Source: Cirrosporium novae-zelandiae
Taxonomy: Eukaryota
NCBI GenBank assembly: GCA_026023565.1
Contig: JAPETS010000024.1
Span: forward strand, 124,001-188,000
Direction of reading: 5' to 3'
DNA: 64,000 nucleotides
Of this stretch, positions 59,438-64,000 are shown piece by piece. Numbering within the stretch: the stretch's first letter is position 1; every line of letters begins with the position of its first letter. Made by a program: the position numbers and the translations under genes. The notes under the pieces were generated by a model. That model made no database searches, had not been told where the DNA came from, and worked only from the letters and a program-made list of their open reading frames with translations.

Positions 59438-62400
59438 TTAAACAAGTTCAACCCATTTCGGGGATGTTGACATTCATGCCAGTTGCGTTTAGGTCGCCAT
59501 TGATGCCGAAGAATTGAAACCTATTGGTAATGAAATAGCATTCAAACCATTAGCATATATATAATTTTAACCAAAAAAAGTATATAATAATCAATCCCCA
59601 GGCAGTAGTTACACACAAATGAAACCCCAAGAAGGAACAACGTACCAATCTTCTACATTCAGCGTAGGAGGGATCATACCTTGCCCGCCTCTACTACTGG
59701 TACTCCACGAGTCCTCTGGACTCTGACCTTCCATCGCTCCTGGACCATTGGTCAACCCGGGATCAATTGCATGCTGCTGCTGTGACTGCTGTGGCTGCGA
59801 AGCATGTTGCCAATTTTGGGCATGCTGCGATTGATGCTGTTGCTGTGGCATCATTTGTGACGGCATTCCACCCATTGGAGCTTGGGGTGGCATTCCTCCA
59901 ATGGGACTATCATGTGGACCACGATGTGGGATTTGGTGTGGTGAGGGATTGTGCATTTGTGCCTGTAGGTTCTGAACTCCAGGCGGAGCGGCTTGCATTG
60001 GATGCTGTCCGGCCATTTGGAGTTGCGGGTCCAGAGGCTGCGGGACAGGAGAGGGGAAATGTGAAAGAGACATATCTGCCCCTTCAGGAAAGAGCTGGTC
60101 AGGTTGGAAGTTCTCCCATAGTGATTGCGAAATTGGTGGTGAATTGCGAGTCACGAGATAGAACTCCGGAGGTGTACCTGGCACAGAGTAGGAGTGGTTG
60201 AAAGGGGTTGTAGGGCGTGTTTGGCCCTGGTGGTTTCCGGTCATGAAGGCATCGGAGCTGTGCTGGCGGATATTGGGGGACTGATGAGGGAGACCCATTG
60301 AAGATGAGCCTAGCATTTCTCTTGTAGAGGGTTGGTTAGTTGGACTTTGAGGTCGAGAACGTTCGTATGAAACCTGAGGAGCAGGAGGCCCGTTGGTAAA
60401 TCCCATCTCCATATCATCAAATTTCCGCTTGGGTGGGTCAGCAGACCGCTTCTGAAATCCACCGAGGCTGTTGAAGGTATTATGGGTGTTCTGCTTGGAC
60501 TTCTTGTGTCTTGTCCCTGCCGCTTTTTGGAAGCGTTCCTCCAGAACTTTATTGCCTAGAATAGATTCAAAGAGTGTGTGGACCATCTTGGCAGCCAACC
60601 ACACTTTGGAGACCTTCTTCAAAGCGTCCATGCATATTCGAAGCTTGTTCTGAACTTCAGTTATAACCTGGGGTATTGATGATCGCATTTGGTATACGTG
60701 CATAATCAATGCAGAAAAGAGGCTGTAGATGATAAAGGCTGGCGCATAGTTGAGCTCATTATGTGTCTCCAAGCACTCTATAATTGAGGTTATCATGGCA
60801 GCTGCTTGAAATGCGATTGTCCGCGAAGGATAGGCCACATCCTCTGGAGTAGGGCCATGGTTAGTTGTGGCTGGAGGCATATGTGCTCGATGAAGAAGAC
60901 ACAAAGTAGTACTGGTTATATGATTAGCTAGGGGTAGAAGAGCTGAAATAGTGAAAGAGACTTACTAATAGTTAGCATGCAATAACGCAGACCAAAAATG
61001 GTGTTCTTCCTTGACCCAGAAGACTTCCTTTGGACAATTCTGAAGCCAGTCTGCCAACGCCATATCACTATGGGTCAAATCAAGGGCACTCGTTCGCCGA
61101 GCCTTTGAAGCAACCGAATATTGTTGAGAGAGTACCAACCCCATGATCTCACAGAGTCTAAGATATTGTAAGAAAAACTGAACGTGAACAGGATCCGGAG
61201 GATAATCCGCCGGATAGCCCTCTTCATCATCGATGAAATCGTCTTCAGTCACCATTTCGACGTCAGAGTCATCTGTGTTGATATGAACGGGCCTACCAAG
61301 GGCAACAGCTACAGATCTATCCCGCGTGAATAGCGTCCACCAAATTCGCTTCCATAACCGCTTGTCAGCCTTACTTAACTGTGAACCTTCCACGCTACCA
61401 ATTGTTAGATATCAGTTAATTGAAATCGAGAGGGTACAAACCTCCGATGCATTCCTGATCCTTGGGCGACAACTAATGCCACCCTGCTCCAGTAAAATAC
61501 GTTTTTAGTTACGTCTAAAGCTGTGTCAGCATGCTTCACATTCATCTTTGATCCTTCTGACGGAATGTCTGGCTGACCTTCGGGTCCTTCCCAATACCAA
61601 CCCATGAGAATCAAAGACTGAACTATCGTGACTCGATCATCTTCATAGTTAGCATCGTAAAGAGCCTTTGCTCGCTTATAGAAAGTCATCGCAGCAGGAG
61701 TCGTTGAGCCGCTTGCATCCATTAATTGCGGATTCGTACAGACTCTGGAGCCGGCAAGGAGCATGGCCTGTAGTAGTAGAAGAGATGGTGGGTTTTTGGA
61801 ATCCTGATACCGTCTCATAAATCGACTTCGATTGACGATTGGGACAACTGGAGCGACCCATTTGAAATATGATTCTATCAATTCATCACATAGTTCTCGT
61901 GGAGGGAGTAAAAAGGCTCCTCTTTGTTTTAATATTTCAATCTCAATTTGATCTAACTCATCCAGCCGTGCTCTTGATCCTCGAATATTTTCAGGAAGAG
62001 GATAATGAACGACATCTGAACTTCCATGTCGGTCCTGTACTAGTAGAGAGAGATTCGAGGATTCGCCTAGGTATGCGACTCTTCCGGCTTCTTTGATAGG
62101 AGCACGTGCAAATTTCGGTTTCATCAATGAACCATAGACGGGATCATTTCCGTTTGGTGGCGGAGGCGGCGCTTGCATATCTGGAAGGGATGCACTCGGC
62201 GGAGCGGTTGGAGGAGTGTAGAGAGAGGCATTGCTCCTAGATGAAAGTATTTGGGTTGCATCTCGGGATGGTGCGGTAGAAGGCGTGGATTCGCTTCGTT
62301 CACTGTGATGCAACGTAATGAGTGTCTATCGACGTCAATATCAAAGTGGTCTCTAATGGTCTATACCTTTGGTCATCTTTGATTTTGGTCTGTGTTTTCT

Positions 62401-62911
62401 TTCTCTTGGGAGTTGGAATTCGACATTCGATGGAAAAGGCTACGCAATTGGTGCACGGGACGCCTAGACTGGCTGCATCGCAGCGTACCTGCATCAGGAT
62501 GATAAGTTAGAAACGTCATGCCAAAATGTAAAAAGCAATGCGATGATTGGCTGGGGCTCACCTTTCTGGCATGACAGGTCTATCGTGTTGCGACAATTTG
62601 AGCGATTAGTACTTATTTTCATCTATATCTGTAGACCGAGGTGCCGAGGCATTCTGGTAATGAACGACTTGTCGCGTCTATCGTGAAAAATAAAAGCTTA
62701 CCTCGCAAGCTTTTGATGCACGTTGCCTGATTGGAAACTGCGTCAGTTTATCCAAGAATCTTGGAAGAATATATATAGACGCGCCCTACCTTCTGAAGCT
62801 GGGATGACCTGCGGTTTGCGACGGTGGTGCAGGCGCAGGATGCGACCCAGCGGCACCATTTTCTTGTGAAGTGTGGCCGTTGGATGGAAATGTCATGTTC
62901 TCCGCTGCCAT
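59438..62911 (-). CDS. farA: Zn(II)2Cys6 transcription factor FarA / cutinase transcription factor 1 alpha, about 9 exons including 25- and 18-nt micro-exons
   Basis: Spliced HPSFRR|QRASKACE|TCHARK|VRCDAASLGVPCTNCVAFSIECRIPTPKRKK, then LMKPKFARAPIKEAGRVAYLGESSNL, KRAKALYDANYEDDRVTIVQ, LWKRIWWTLFTRDRSVAVALGRP, and C-terminal TLNVEDW|FQFFGING. Confidence 0.95.
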
Positions 62912-64000
62912 GGCATATTTTGCACAATATTTTGGGCTACAAGTTTAGGGTATGTAGGATGCTTGGGGATTTAACATGAAGTGTGAATGAAAGAGAGGAG
63001 TGTGAAGTTTGAAGGGCAATTTGATGGTGGCGGCTGTGCTGTGAATTGCTGCTGTACTTTGGCTGAAGAATAATGTGGGCGTCAGTGGTAATAATAACGA
63101 TCCGGATGCTCTTCTGTATTAATAACAATTCACAACATAGACCACTGAATCACAGATGACTACCACAATTTGAAAGGAAAAGATTAGAGAGGATTGGAGA
63201 ACATTTTCCAGATGGCCATTTGCAGCAGATCAGACGCCTGGCGGTATGGAGATGGAGAGGGGGGGCAGGCTTTTACGGATATTATTTAGTTTATGGTATG
63301 CTTGCAATAGGCATGCGACTTGCAAGCCTAGATAGGTTCATAACTATCATAGATACACAAAGTAACTAGAATAATGAAAATCCTTATTCTTCTCTTGATC
63401 CGACTTTATCAACTGGTCAATTCTAGTTCTAATCAAATCATATGAAGAAAAAAAAAGGATAAAAAAACAAGAACAAAGAGGAGAGCGGTGAACTTACTGA
63501 ATAAGTTAAATAACCCACGGTATTCATTCCATAGTGGGTGGCTTCCCTTAGTTTTCCTTACACTGGCTGTCGGCATTTAATCCCGTATCAAACGGCCCCT
63601 AGACAATTGAGACATATCCGGAGGAGAAGAGAATCATCTTTGGAGGGGTGAGGGGGGCCAAGCTGGGGGCACAAGATGGGGCCAATATGGGGGGGGGGGG
63701 GGTCGTGAAAGCCTATAATTAAGCGTTCAAGTGTCAAGCCTTCTTTCTCTTTGGACCTACCAGGCCAAGCCCGCCTTGACTTAATTACTTGTTGGGTCTA
63801 AACAATCCCCTGCAAATGTGGGGTTGTTAGTCCGCACTGAATCTGTGAAAAAAAGGAATCAACTCCTAGTTAACAGGCTAACAACAGATATACGTTGGTA
63901 AGCTTGATATCATATCTAAATACTTAATCTAGAGGTCCTAGTCTATGAAATACAACTCAACTCTTGCCTTCCATAATTACCTCGGCTAGTTTCTTAGACC

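Noticed and set aside
1..64000. CRISPR arrays, rRNA, intact transposons or a secondary-metabolite backbone gene
   Set aside because: No regularly spaced repeats, rRNA motifs, transposase/RT/integrase, PKS or NRPS motifs were found.

Overview
Intron-rich nuclear DNA from a filamentous ascomycete (Pezizomycotina), with short GT-AG introns carrying CTAAY-type branch sites. I can support about 22 protein-coding genes: THO1 (5' part), a Zn2Cys6 factor, a secreted beta-lactamase-family hydrolase, an intronless MazF/PemK-like orphan, RPS17, RTR1, BBC1, a three-exon 24-aa metallothionein absent from the ORF track, TRF4, a 2OG-Fe(II) oxygenase, an MFS transporter, EMC4, AP-2 beta, UFE1, aspartate aminotransferase, farB, RTF2, a Gag-like ORF, FOX2, a TDA10-like kinase, a DUF6697-like gene, a LysM protein and farA. 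There is also an intron-containing tRNA-Pro(CGG), two clear pseudogenes (epoxide hydrolase, gamma-glutamylcyclotransferase), a probable third, and many microsatellites. Three leads stand out. (1) Both fatty-acid-utilisation regulators (farA, farB), their target FOX2 and a PTS2-bearing aspartate aminotransferase lie within about 31 kb, with Far-type CCGAGG sites upstream of FOX2 and the aminotransferase and in tandem inside a farA intron. (2) One fungal ORF has motifs that line up with the MazF/PemK endoribonuclease fold. (3) The metallothionein is cryptic and built from micro-exons. All family assignments come from motif recognition by eye; no database searches were run.
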